NCBI GenBank assembly: GCA_964016885.1
Contig: OZ024749.1
Coordinates: 53,692,001 to 53,756,000, forward strand
Origin: Eledone cirrhosa
Lineage: Eukaryota
Direction: 5' to 3'
DNA: 64,000 nt
This document shows, piece after piece, positions 1 to 12,200 of this stretch (its first letter is position 1; every line of letters starts with the position of its first letter). Below the pieces are notes generated by a model, which saw only the letters and a list, made by a program, of their open reading frames with translations, did no database searches and had not been told where the DNA came from. The position numbers and the translations under genes were made by a program.

Positions 1-51
1 TCCCTATCATTTATTATCTTCAATTGAAACCAATTTTTAAAAAAAACTTAC

Positions 52-226
52 TTTTCAGAATTTCAATTTCCCGTTTAGCTTCCCCAAGTGCAGAAAATAA
101 ATCCAATTTTAATCGGGTTTCTGCACTCAGGCTGTTTTCGAGATGTGTATTTTTGTCTTGCATTGCTGCAAGTGCTGACATTAAAATTTCTGAATCACTT
201 TGGTTTTCTTTGTATTGACGAAGACT
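52..226 (-). CDS. MACO1: Macoilin exon 12 (gene continues left of the window)
   Basis: SLRQYKENQSDSEILMSALAAMQDKNTHLENSLSAETRLKLDLFSALGEAKREIEILK, the macoilin C-terminal signature; gtaagt donor at 51. Confidence 0.96.
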
Positions 227-763
227 CTGAAAATTAAATAAATAAAAAGATATTTTTTTTAAATTCTGTACATTTTCTATAAATTTTCTTTTACTTTGAA
301 TAAAATTGTTATTTAAATGCTTTAAATTCTATTCTTCTATGTTGTTGTTGTTACAGCTGACATTCATGCAGGTTTACCTGGCCTCCAAATGAATACATCT
401 CCTAGGTTTCTCAGGTGTTTTAATGATAGGGAGCCCCCTCTTATTCTTTTATATTTTCAACTGAATGCAGAGTGAAAATATTATCAATAGCATGAAAAAA
501 TAGCAATCAGGGATATTTTAAGGTTACATTAACCAGGAAATTTGGGTATTTTTAGTCACTGATATAGGTTTGCTTTAGCTTGGCTTAATGGCAGGTACTT
601 TAACTCCTCACCCCACCCCCTGTATCATATATATCAGAAGAGTGTCAGACATAATTGGTTATCATCATTATCATCATCAAAGGCCAGTAGATTGGCAATA
701 TCAGAAGAACGTCGGACATCTGCAGCAGTTACAGAGATAAAGAATAAAAAAAATATTAGTTAC

Positions 764-884
764 TTGTACTTCTCTTTCTACTTGTCTAAATTGTTCTTCT
801 CTGATTTTTAATTCTCTTCGCAACTGTTTAAGATCATTTTCAGTGTCTCTTCGTCGAGCTTTGCAGTTTTCTGAACATTCATCT
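764..884 (-). CDS. MACO1: Macoilin exon 11
   Basis: DECSENCKARRRDTENDLKQLRRELKIREEQFRQVEREVQ; canonical splice sites. Confidence 0.95.
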
Positions 885-1104
885 CTGGAAATATATAATA
901 AAAAAAAAAGAAATAAAAAAAAAAAAAAAGAAATATATATCGTAAATGTAAAATCAACAAAGAGAAATAACCCAAAAAACAATACAATATAATGATGATA
1001 TATTAGATTAACCCTTTAAAATGTGTGGTTTTGTTTCACAGAACTAGAGGTGGTTTTAAGGAAGTAAACAGATGAAAAAGTAATTTTAGAATTTGTTTTA
1101 TTAC

Positions 1105-1281
1105 CTTGCAGCAGCCAACAAAACAGCTCTAGTAGCAGACTCTTCAGCCTTTTTAGCCTTACGTTCAGAAGCCAACTGTTGCTCTATTACACATTTTCCT
1201 TTACGCTCTTCTTGTAATTTACGTTCCAAGATAGAGAGATTCTGTTTGTCTTGTTGTCTGCAGGTCACTAGATTATGTAGT
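1105..1281 (-). CDS. MACO1: Macoilin exon 10
   Basis: LHNLVTCRQQDKQNLSILERKLQEERKGKCVIEQQLASERKAKKAEESATRAVLLAAAR; canonical splice sites. Confidence 0.95.
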
Positions 1282-1301
1282 CTGAGGAAATAATAGTAAT
1301 G

Positions 1302-1392
<91 letters not shown>

Positions 1393-2907
1393 CATACATA
1401 CACACACACTCACACAGAAACCAAGCCAGAAATAGTTCTGTATGAGCAAGACATAGTCATTTGATCTGACTTGCCTCATTACAGGACAACTCGTCTAATA
1501 CATGCTAGCGTGGAAGAATGGACGTTAAACAGTGATGACGATGATGATGATGATATATAGACATGTGATGAACATGGATGATGATCGCTGGATGAAGAAG
1601 TGCCAAGTAATCTGAGAGGAAGGAAGCTGTGGTAGAGGATGACCAAGGAAAACCTGGGTGGAATAATGGAGTTCCAGATCATTTTTTGTATATTCCTCAG
1701 CTTATATTTGGGTATATACAGTATTTCTTATCATTTTTATGTACTCTTATTTCTGACACAAATGTCAACTTTGGCCCCCAATCTTCAACCAAGCTGTTAC
1801 TTATTTCTATTGAATCCTGAAAATATTGATATTGACTAGACCGGGAACTCCTGACCTAGATTGATCAGGTTATTGTTATGGCATGCTACTATGCAGACTT
1901 TAACAGTCTCTTGCAAGATAACATCTTATAGAAGGTTTTAACAATAGGGGAGTATTTACCAATCTTATCAAGGCACCATTGCTTTGATATGATGAGACCA
2001 GATGTGAATTTAGAATGCACAAAGCTGCAGTGGATATCTTAACACTTAGGAAACAGGGCCGATCTATCAGCCTGATAATACAAGCCTTGAGATTAGCTGG
2101 CTGGTTTTCATACCAGCCAGTCAGATTGCTTCTTGCACATCTGGGCCTTTCAATGGCGGCTTCCATGATAATTTGCTGTGTCCTGTGATTTATTTATTAT
2201 GCACTTGGTTTTATAATAAAAAAAAAAAAAGTGCATGCCTTCTGTAGGGCTTATGAAAAGGGCTCCAGCTCCAAAGGGTTAATACACTGTTTCATGCACA
2301 AACCAACTCAAACGATCCACTGCACCTGGCTGATACTTCATTTTATCAAAACGTAAAAGGCAAAGCTGACCTCATAGGAATTTGAACACTGAACACAAAT
2401 ACTGAAAAAATTGACTAAATTTCTACATACATACATATGTATATGTAGCAACAGTATAGTAAAGATATCTGGGAAGAGTTTTAATATATCATAAAATTCA
2501 ATACTACGAAGAAGATATAACAGGGAGGAACGCAAGGATAGGCTTTTCACTGAGCGAACTCAACTTATTCAACTTACTGTGTTTCAACGAAGAAGAGAAC
2601 TTCCTGTTGGAGAAAATACAGGAGAGTTCTGAGTTTTAAGCGGATAAAGGGGGGTAACTCTAGGATAGTGGGAAAATGGAAAAAATTAATAATTAAAGAA
2701 ATTAAAAACTCTTTAAAAGGCACTTTGAAGCATAAAGACAGCGATTAAAAAATTATTTAAGGATCTCTTGTTTGAGGAAAGGCTTTTTAAAGGATAAATC
2801 ACATTTTGTCCATGCATATATATATATTAAAAGGGCTAAATTTCCCATTGAAATAATCCCAATGAAGAAGTGATAAACATTTGGTGATGGCCAGAAGCAA
2901 AACTTAC

Positions 2908-3066
2908 TTATTTTGTAAATTTTCATTGTCTTGCTGAAGTTGATATAATTCTGATCGCATAGATTTATCTGACACTGACATATTTGAAATCTGTGACCGT
3001 AACTCTTGCTCGGAATTACGACTTGACTGGAGATCTGCTTTCAAACGTTTTACATCATTCTCTAAT
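2908..3066 (-). CDS. MACO1: Macoilin exon 9 (start of coiled coil)
   Basis: LENDVKRLKADLQSSRNSEQELRSQISNMSVSDKSMRSELYQLQQDNENLQNK; absent from the ORF track. Confidence 0.95.
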
Positions 3067-3346
3067 CTGAAATTAAATAAGAGCAGTTGAAGCTATGTGC
3101 AACAACAAAAACAACAACTGTTTTCAGTTCATTTTTCTTGGCTATAAAAATGGTTAACCTTGTAGGCCCTCATGAAAGGTTTTTCCATTTTGCCCTGTCG
3201 TCTTCACCGACTCCCTCACCAACCCCATGGCTTTTATTTCCTCCCCCACCATAATTTCTTGTCATGTCTTATCATTTAACACTTGATTTTCTGCTGACAA
3301 GGGTTGAGTGAGTCAGTACTTAGGCGAAGCTACTGACCTTTCATGT

Positions 3347-3450
3347 AATATAGTCACTGTCTTATTAAATATATACATTAGATAATATAGTCACTGTCTT
3401 ATTAAATATATACATTAGATAATATAGTCACTGTCTTATTAAATATATAT
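3347..3450. repeat. 37-bp tandem repeat (about 3 copies) at the RTE insertion site
   Basis: taatatagtcactgtcttattaaatatatacattaga repeated; a further copy follows the LINE tail at 5234. Confidence 0.9.
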
Positions 3451-5229
3451 CTTGACCAGGTCATGAAGGTCACAGAAAAAGTAATAGCGCAACTAATCAG
3501 AGAGAAAATTGATCTAGATGAAATGCAGTTCGGGTTTGTGTCAGGTAAAAGTACCACAGACGCTCTTTTCATTGTACGACAACTACAGGAGAAGTACCTA
3601 GCTAAAAGTAAATACTTAGCTTTTGTTGACTTGGAGAAAGCCTTTGACAGAGTCCCACGCCCCCATTATCTGGTGGGCTCTCAGAAAACTAGGTGTTGAT
3701 GAATGGCTTGTGAGAGCTATACAAGCCATGTATAAAGAAACAGTCAGCAAGGTTAGAATTAACAACGAATATAGTGAAGAGTTTAGCGTAAAAGTTGGTG
3801 TTCATCAGGGCTCCATCGTTAGCCCACTCCTATTTATTATTGCCCTTCAGGCTATAACAGAGGAGTTCAAGACCGGCTGCCCATGGGAACTCCTATACGC
3901 AGATGTTCTAACGCTCATAGCTGAAACAATGGCTGAACTAGAGAAGAAATTCCAAACATGGAAGCATGGCCTAGAATCAAAAGGCCTTAAAATTAACCTG
4001 TCTAAGATTAAAGTTCTAGTTTGTAGGAAGGAAAATAGGGCACTGGTCCCATCTGGGAAATAGCCATGCTCAGTGTGTAGGAAAGGAGTAGGCAGAAACT
4101 CCATTTTATGTCCCAAATGCAAAGTATGGGTGCATAAAAGATGTAGTGGGATCACAGGTAAGCTAACTAAGAATATAGATTTTATACGTGGCCGGTGCTC
4201 AGGTGCAATAAGTAGCAGCAAGTGCCCATAGAATATTAGCTCATTCCATTGCACAGATGCTTCTATAGAAATAGTGGACACCTTCCGTTACCTGGGTGAC
4301 AAAATCTGCAGTGGTGGAGGGTGCTCTGAAAGTACAGTAGCTAGAGCCAGAACGAGATGGAAAAAGTTCAGAGAGCTTATACCACTATTGGCCGCTAAAG
4401 GGTTCTCACTAAAAATGAAAGGCAGGCTGTATGATACCTGCATACGTACAGCAATGTTACATGGCAGTGAGACATGGGCATTGTGTGCAGAGGATCTGCG
4501 CAGAGTGGAGAGGAATGAAGCTTGCATGCTCCGTTGGATGTGTAATAGTAATATATGTGAACGGCAAAGCATAAATGAACTGAGGGAGAAATTAGGAATA
4601 AGAAGGATCAGATGCTGTTTACTCGAGAGAAGACTACGTTGGTACGGTCACGTGATGCGCATGAAAGACGACAGCTGTATAAAAAAAGTGCAGGGCGATA
4701 AAAATAGACGGTAGCCACGGAGTAGGCAGACCCAGAAAAACCTGGGACGACTTGATAAATTCTGACCTCACACACTTACACCTCTCCAAGACAATGTCAC
4801 TGGACCGAGATATTTGGCGCTACGCAGTAATACAGAAGACCCGCCTTGCCTAAGTACAAAGCGAAACCTACAGTCAGTAAGCACCTCTTAACAAAAATAC
4901 ACCCCCATCCCACTACCCCCACCCCATCCACACCACCCCTTTCGATGTAAAGTTATGTTGGTACCACAACATCCAGTCCGAAATAAATGAGGTCGTGTAG
5001 GTGTCACGACAAAAAAACACACAGTCCACGCTGTAATGTGGCCATGTAGGTAACCCGGTAAAAACCTCCCAGTCCACACTGTAAACGTAGTCGGTGTTAG
5101 GAAGGGCATCCAGCCATAGAAAACCCGCCAGACAACCAATCTTGCCTCAAGTGGGAAAATTCCCGTCCAAACCCATGCTAGCGTGGAAGATGGACGTTAA
5201 ACGATGATGATGATGATGATGATGATGAT
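3451..5229 (+). mobile_element. 5'-truncated, frameshifted RTE-clade LINE (RT domain plus internal Cys-rich segment) with (GAT)n tail
   Basis: QFGF, FVDLEKAFD, GVHQGS, LLYAD, FRYLG and RRLRWYGHV motifs. ataatatagtcactgtcttattaaatatat is present on both sides (TSD-like). Confidence 0.95.
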
Positions 5230-5645
5230 TAAATAATATAGTCACTGTCTTATTAAATATATACACATTAGACAAGTCACTTTCTAAATATTCTTCCTTT
5301 GTTAAATATATTTACATATATAGTGAGAATGTGAAATATGTGAAATGACCTCAAAGGTCAAAGTTGAGGCACACGAGGTCAATAAATACATCAGCACAAA
5401 ATTCTAATGACAATTATTTATGTACAGCTGACATATTTTATACAATTAGCAAGCGATTATCATTCATAATATGACATATGTACATAGACATACATATGTA
5501 CACACACACGCACATACATACATATATATAAATAGATATTTACACACACACATACATATATATGTATAGAACATGCCTCACTTCAACATCTAAAAAAATG
5601 ATATGAAAACAGCGATGATTAAATAAATGTGTAAACAAATTGGTC

Positions 5646-5940
5646 TATAGGAGGTTCCAGATACACAATAACATGTGGTGGAAGAGGTGAGACAGGAGTT
5701 TCTAAGAGTAATGTGTACCATATAGGAGGTTCCAGATACACAATAACATGTGGTGGAAGAGGTGAGACAGGAGTTTCTAAGAGTAATGTGTACCATATAG
5801 GTGGTACCAGATGTACAATAACATGTGGTGGAGGTGAGACAGGAGCTTCTGACAGTAATGTCTACCATATAGGTGGTGCCAGATGTACAATAACATGTGG
5901 TGGAGGTGAGACAGGAGTTTCTGACAGTAACGTCTACCAA
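5646..5940. repeat. 75/72-bp minisatellite, 4 copies
   Basis: Units start at 5646, 5721, 5796 and 5868 (tataggaggttccagatacacaataacatgtggtgg...). Confidence 0.95.
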
Positions 5941-6066
5941 ACTTACCTTGGTGTAAAAGTAATAAGGTAAAACCTGAAGTTTGTTCTCATTAACATCATT
6001 TTCAAATTGCTCCCCTGTGGGATGTGTGCCCCATGTTGGGAACCACAATTAAAACAACCAACATAC

Positions 6067-6427
6067 CTGTTTATTACTTCATCTTTGTTGTTGTTAAATG
6101 TTGAAGGTGAAATATCTTTATTGTAATTTTTTCCTTTCTTTGAATTATTCTCCTTGTTGCTGTTTAGTTTGTTTCCTTGTGATTTCGAAACTGTGTTAGA
6201 TTTATACGTTTTCGTGTGGTGATCGTTTTCGGTGTTTTCATCATAATCATTTACATTGGATTTTTTCGGTAAAGTCTGTTCTATGAAATCATATTCTTCT
6301 TCATCGTCATCGTCTGTGTTTTTCGTTAAATGTTTTGATTTATCTTTGTCCTCATTATCTGTTTTGTGAGATTTCTTTCCTGAAACTCCATTTGATATAA
6401 CTTCTTCATCTGTTTTAGAAGAAAGAG
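6067..6427 (-). CDS. MACO1: Macoilin exon 8 (low-complexity charged linker)
   Basis: LSSKTDEEVISNG...EEEYDFIEQ...NNNKDEVINR; ttgcag acceptor, gtatgt donor; phases fit both neighbours. Confidence 0.85.
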
Positions 6428-6808
6428 CTGCAATAGAAGCAAACAGCGGTAACAACAATTCTCACTTTTCAAGGAAGGAGAAAAAAAATGAGAAGTGTTA
6501 ATGTTCAGAGATATCTTTCCTAAATATCTTCTACATATTCTTTATCTGTGAGAAAGAAGTGAACTGACTTTAACAGGGAATTGAAACCCTATTGCATACT
6601 CAAATCACCAGAGAGCTCCCTTAATCAGTTGGCCTGTGTATCACCATCATCTTGTTCTTCAGTGTCTCTGCTAGAGTCCACTTTGGTGCAAACACTTGAG
6701 TCTGGCCAATGCTAAGGGGATAATTTCCTCCTTTCTACCCACCAATCTTGAAGGTCCTGAAAACTGCCATCAGCATTGTCCTTTAACTCACTTCATATCA
6801 GAACTTAC

Positions 6809-6952
6809 TAAAACCATTATAAAACTTTGTACTTGATACTTTAATGAAAGTAGTTTCCATGTATGAAATAAACTCTCGCAAACACGGAAGCATATCAACT
6901 CCGTCACATATAACTGTGTTAACATCTGATGATGTCACACTGGTGCCGGTTG
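6809..6952 (-). CDS. MACO1: Macoilin putative exon 7 (symmetric phase 1-1, poorly conserved linker)
   Basis: Open only in the frame required by its neighbours (ATGTSVTSSDVNTVICDGVDMLPCLREFISYMETTFIKVSSTKFYNGF); acag acceptor, gtaagt donor; no recognisable homology. Confidence 0.6.
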
Positions 6953-7245
6953 CTGTTATAATGATTACATAACAGCTACTCACTGGTGTCACTGAAATAT
7001 GTATTATCCAATAAATACAATTATGTAACAATTATTAACATTTATTTCATAAATATATATATATATATATATATAAGTATAGGTTTTATTTTACAAGGTT
7101 GACAGCGACATTAAAGGTTTGCTTGTGATCAGCTCTGTCAATGTCACTCTAGTAAATACAGTCAAGAATTCTTTAGAAGAAAATAAAGAAAAAAACAATA
7201 ATCAAATTGAAATATAAAAATTGGAGGACTCACAATGTTTCTTAC

Positions 7246-7348
7246 CTCGCTGTTTTTCTGAATAAGAATTCTGAATATCAGGAGGTAAAGCTTTCAGTAA
7301 AAGTAATATATAAAATTCATTTGCTTTTTGTACTTCTTTTTGTTTACG
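7246..7348 (-). CDS. MACO1: Macoilin exon 6
   Basis: RKQKEVQKANEFYILLLLKALPPDIQNSYSEKQR, matching the RKQKEVQKENEFY..LL..ALPP motif; tttag and gtaag ends. Confidence 0.94.
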
Positions 7349-7669
7349 CTAAATAAATAGAAGAAAAATGACAAATAAATATATAAATAAAGCCATAAAT
7401 ATACGGAATTAGATAAACAAATGTTATATTTTAAAACTTGTTGACAACAAAATAAAGTAAGAAAGAAAAATATAGTTAAAGTCAGTCGCAAGCCCACAGG
7501 CTCATCTTGGTTTCATTGGCATTAAGCAGCTGCCTCCTGGATAGGACACAAGTCCATCACAGGGTTAACTCCCCAGTTGCTGGTGGTACTCATTTACAGC
7601 TGGATGAACTAGAGAAACGGTGAAGTGTTTTACTCAAGAAAACAATGCATCAATCAGTTCATTGCGTCA

Positions 7670-10578
7670 CTCAGTATAACAAGTGAAAGGTCCTGAGACA
7701 CTCAGTATAATAAGGAGTTCCTTCAGCAGGAGTGAAAGGTCCTGAGACACTCAGTATAACAAGGAGTTCCTTCAACAGGAGTGAAAGTCCTGAGACACTC
7801 AGCATAACAAAGAGTTCCTTCAACAGGAGTGAAAGGTCCTGAGACACTCAGCATAACAAGGAGTTCCTTCAACAGGAGTGAAAGGTCCTGAGACACTCAG
7901 TATAATAAGGAGTTCCTTCAACAGGAGTGAAAGGTCCTGAACACTCAGCATAACAAGGAGTTCCTTCAACAGGAGTGAAAGTCCTGAGACACTCAGCATA
8001 ACAAGGAGTTCCTTCAACAGGAGTGAAAGGTCCTGAGACACTCAGTATAATAAGGAGTTCCTTCAACAGGAGTGAAAGGTCCTGAGACACTCAGCATAAC
8101 AAGGAGTTCCTTCAACAGGAGTGAAAGTCCTGAGACACTCAGCATAACAAGGAGTTCCTTCAACAGGAGTGAAAGTCCTGAGACACTCAGTATAATAAGG
8201 AGTTCCTTCAACAGGAGTGAAAGGTCCTGAGACACTCAGCATAACAAGGAGTTCCTTCAACAGGAGTGAAAGGTCCTGAGACACTCAGTATAATAAGGAG
8301 TTCCTTCAACAGGAGTGAAAGGTCCTGAGACACTCAGTATAATAAGGAGTTCCTTCAACAGGAGTGAAAGGTCCTGAGACACTCAGCATAACAAGGAGTT
8401 CCTTCAACAGGAGTGAAAGGTCCTGAGACACTCAGAAAAACAAGGAGTTCCTTCAACAGGAGTGAAAGGTCCTGAGACACTCAGCATAACAAGGAGTTCC
8501 TTCAACAGGAGTGAAAGGTCCTGAGACACTCAGTATAATAAGGAGTTCCTTCAACAGGAGTGAAAGGTCCTGAGACACTCAGTATAATAAGGAGTTCCTT
8601 CAGCAGGAGTGAAAGGTCCTGAGACACTCAGTATAACAAGGAGTTCCTTCAACAGGAGTGAAAGTCCTGAGACACTCAGCATAACAAAGAGTTCCTTCAA
8701 CAGGAGTGAAAGGTCCTGAGACACTCAGCATAACAAGGAGTTCCTTCAACAGGAGTGAAAGGTCCTGAGACACTCAGTATAATAAGGAGTTCCTTCAACA
8801 GGAGTGAAAGGTCCTGAGACACTCAGTATAATAAGGAGTTCCTTCAACAGGAGTGAAAGTCCTGAGACACTCAGCATAACAAAGAGTTCCTTCAACAGGA
8901 GTGAAAGGTCCTGAGACACTCAGCATAACAAGGAGTTCCTTCAACAGGAGTGAAAGGTCCTGAGACACTCAGTATAATAAGGAGTTCCTTCAACAGGAGT
9001 GAAAGGTCCTGAGACACTCAGTATAATAAGGAGTTCCTTCAACAGGAGTGAAAGGTCCTGAGACACTCAGCATAACAAGGAGTTCCTTCAACAGGAGTGA
9101 AAGGTCCTGAGACACTCAGAAAAACAAGGAGTTCCTTCAACAGGAGTGAAAGGTCCTGAGACACTCAGCATAACAAGGAGTTCCTTCAACAGGAGTGAAA
9201 GGTCCTGAGACACTCAGTATAATAAGGAGTTCCTTCAACAGGAGTGAAAGGTCCTGAGACACTCAGTATAATAAGGAGTTCCTTCAGCAGGAGTGAAAGG
9301 TCCTGAGACACTCAGTATAACAAGGAGTTCCTTCAACAGGAGTGAAAGTCCTGAGACACTCAGCATAACAAAGAGTTCCTTCAACAGGAGTGAAAGGTCC
9401 TGAGACACTCAGTATAACAAGGAGTTCCTTCAACAGGAGTGAAAGGTCCTGAGACACTCAGTATAACAAGGAGTTCCTTCAACAGGAGTGAAAGGTCCTG
9501 AGACACTCAGTATAACAAGGAGTTCCTTCAACAGGAGTGAAAGGTCCTGAGACACTCAGTATAACAAGGAGTTCCTTCAACAGGAGTGAAAGGTCCTGAG
9601 ACACTCAGTATAACAAGGAGTTCCTTCAACAGGAGTGAAAGGTCCTGAGACACTCAGTATAATAAGGAGTTCCTTCAACAGGAGTGAAAGGTCCTGAGAC
9701 ACTCAGCATAACAAGGAGTTCCTTCAACAGGAGTGAAAGGTCCTGAGACACTCAGTATAATAAGGAGTTCCTTCAACAGGAGTGAAAAGTCCTGAGACAC
9801 TCAGTATAATAAGGAGTTCCTTCAACAGGAGTGAAAGGTCCTGAGACACTCAGTATAATAAGGAGTTCCTTCAACAGGAGTGAAAGGTCCTGAGACACTC
9901 AGTATAATAAGGAGTTCCTTCAACAGGAGTGAAAGGTCCTGAGACACTCAGAAAAACAAGGAGTTCCTTCAACAGGAGTGAAAGGTCCTGAGATACTCAG
10001 AAAAACAAGGAGTTCCTTCAACAGGAGTGAAAGGTCCTGAGATACTCAGCATAACAAGGAGTTCCTTCAACAGGAGTGAAAGGTCCTGAGACACTCAGCA
10101 TAACAAGGAGTTCCTTCAACAGGAGTGAAAGGTCCTGAGACACTCAGCATAACAAGGAGTTCCTTCAACAGGAGTGAAAGGTCCTGAGACACTCAGTATA
10201 ATAAGGAGTTCCTTCAACAGGAGTGAAAGGTCCTGAGACACTCAGTATAATAAGGAGTTCCTTCAACAGGAGTGAAAGGTCCTGAGACACTCAGTATAAT
10301 AAGGAGTTCCTTCAACAGGAGTGAAAAGTCCTGAGACACTCAGTATAATAAGGAGTTCCTTCAACAGGAGTGAAAGGTCCTGAGACACTCAGTATAATAA
10401 GGAGTTCCTTCAACAGGAGTGAAAGGTCCTGAGACACTCAGCATAACAAGGAGTTCCTTCAACAGGAGTGAAAGGTCCTGAGACACTCAGTATAATAAGG
10501 AGTTCCTTCAACAGGAGTGAAAGGTCCTGAGACACTCAGTATAATAAGGAGTTCCTTCAACAGGAGTGAAAGGTCCTC
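7670..10578. repeat. 49-bp tandem satellite/minisatellite, about 59 copies, in macoilin intron 5
   Basis: Unit ggagtgaaaggtcctgagacactcag(t/c)ataa(t/c)aaggagttccttcaaca, head-to-tail with no spacers. Confidence 0.98.
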
Positions 10579-11468
10579 GATTGGATTGTTGGAGCTGACA
10601 GTGTCCAAGAAAGAAGGTAAAATAAGTATTTATGGAATTTGGACAGGTGCCATGAAATTTTATAAAATGGTCAGTTTATTCTGAAGATGATGGATTTTAT
10701 CTTTAGTTTGGGTCTGTATTTGTGTTTCAAGAAAAAGGGTCTGTGTTTGTGTGTTAAGAAGACCCTGGATCTATGTTTGTGTGTCTTTATACAGTGAAAA
10801 ATGAGATGTTTATTATTTCTAATTATGAAATTACGTTTGATGTTATTAAGGAACATTCTCCTGCTACAAATGTTTGTCCAACTCGTATATAAAGTAATTA
10901 AAGTCTACATGTTACAATGTCAGTTCAAGCATTTACTATTTTTATCATTGCTGTACAATTCTCTCCCCTTACCTAAAGGTGTGTGTACGTGTGTGTGTGT
11001 ATACCTGTGTACATGTGTGTGTGTATGAGCGTTTCTATAGTACTAAGTTTATAAAGGACGAGCTGTGTGTCAGGAAGGACATCTAATCATAGAAACCAGA
11101 AAGTTCTGTACGAGCAAGACATGGTCACCTGATCAAACTTGTCTCACAACAGGACAACTTGTCTAACCCATGCTAGTGTGGGAAAATTGAGGGAAAATGG
11201 ATGTTAAACGGTGATGATGATGATGATGATGATATACAAATGTGTTGTTAAGTCTCCGTTATTTCTGATGACAAAAACTCTAGTTGATTCAGTCAACAGA
11301 AAAACCTACTTGTGAAATTAACATGTAAGTGGCTGAGCATTCCACAGACACGTGCACTCTTTAATGTAAGATTTCAGAAAAATTCAGCATGCCCATTTTT
11401 TCTAAGCTTGCATGGGTTGGACGGGTCCTTCTCAACATGTTCCTCCATCATAATACAATATAACTTAC

Positions 11469-11535
11469 CAATCTCATTCTGTATGAAATGTAACTTTTAA
11501 AACCAAATCCTAAAGTGACAACTGGGTATCCTATG
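11469..11535 (-). CDS. MACO1: Macoilin exon 5
   Basis: IGYPVVTLGFGFKSYISYRMRL, a conserved macoilin motif; tttcag and gtaagt ends. Confidence 0.95.
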
Positions 11536-11705
11536 CTGAAATAGAGAAAAGGAAAACTGTTAATATACACTCTGTGAGTACTCAACATACATTAGTAATA
11601 ACACTGTACTAAAAATACTCTAGCACCAGCAGAAGGGGTACTAAATATACATTAGAAACTAGTGACAGGGAGTATTAAATATTCATTAGAAACTAGACAC
11701 AAGGG

Positions 11706-11765
<60 letters not shown>

Positions 11766-12070
11766 AAACTATACATAGGGGGGTACTCTCTCAGCTACAC
11801 TCCACTCATCTTCTGGACCATTCTCTCTCAGCCATACTCCACTCATTCCCTGGACCATTTTTATCTCCTTTCTTCTCCAGCCATCTCTCCGGAACAACAT
11901 TCTTCACAGTTTCATGTCTCCCATAAGACATGAAACTCTTTACACAAGCAACATACACCTATCCCTTCATTTTTAACAACACACTCCCTTACTCGTTAGC
12001 ACACCACTCAATTCTTGGGACTTCTCCCATGCACACCTTACTCTAGGGTATTATAAAGAGAAATAGTTAC

Positions 12071-12200
12071 CAATGGGCTGCAAATGGTCGACAAAGGGCT
12101 AAATTAAAAGGTAAACTCTTTAATTCTCGTAATCTGACAGAAGCCTCTATGTATACAAATATTAACCATAAAGACACTGTGGGAAGACAAATGCCACGCT
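12071..12200 (-). CDS. MACO1: Macoilin exon 4
   Basis: (E)RGICLPTVSLWLIFVYIEASVRLRELKSLPFNLALCRPFAAH(C); absent from the ORF track; canonical splice sites, phases 1 and 2. Confidence 0.95.

Noticed and set aside
5590-6048. Cys/Thr-rich repeat protein
   Set aside because: Open frames arise because the minisatellite units (75/72 bp) are multiples of 3; no supporting gene structure.
7670-10578. CRISPR-like array, hammerhead array or repetitive protein
   Set aside because: No unique spacers and no cas genes in a eukaryotic intron; no CUGANGA core on either strand; the 49-bp unit breaks reading frames.
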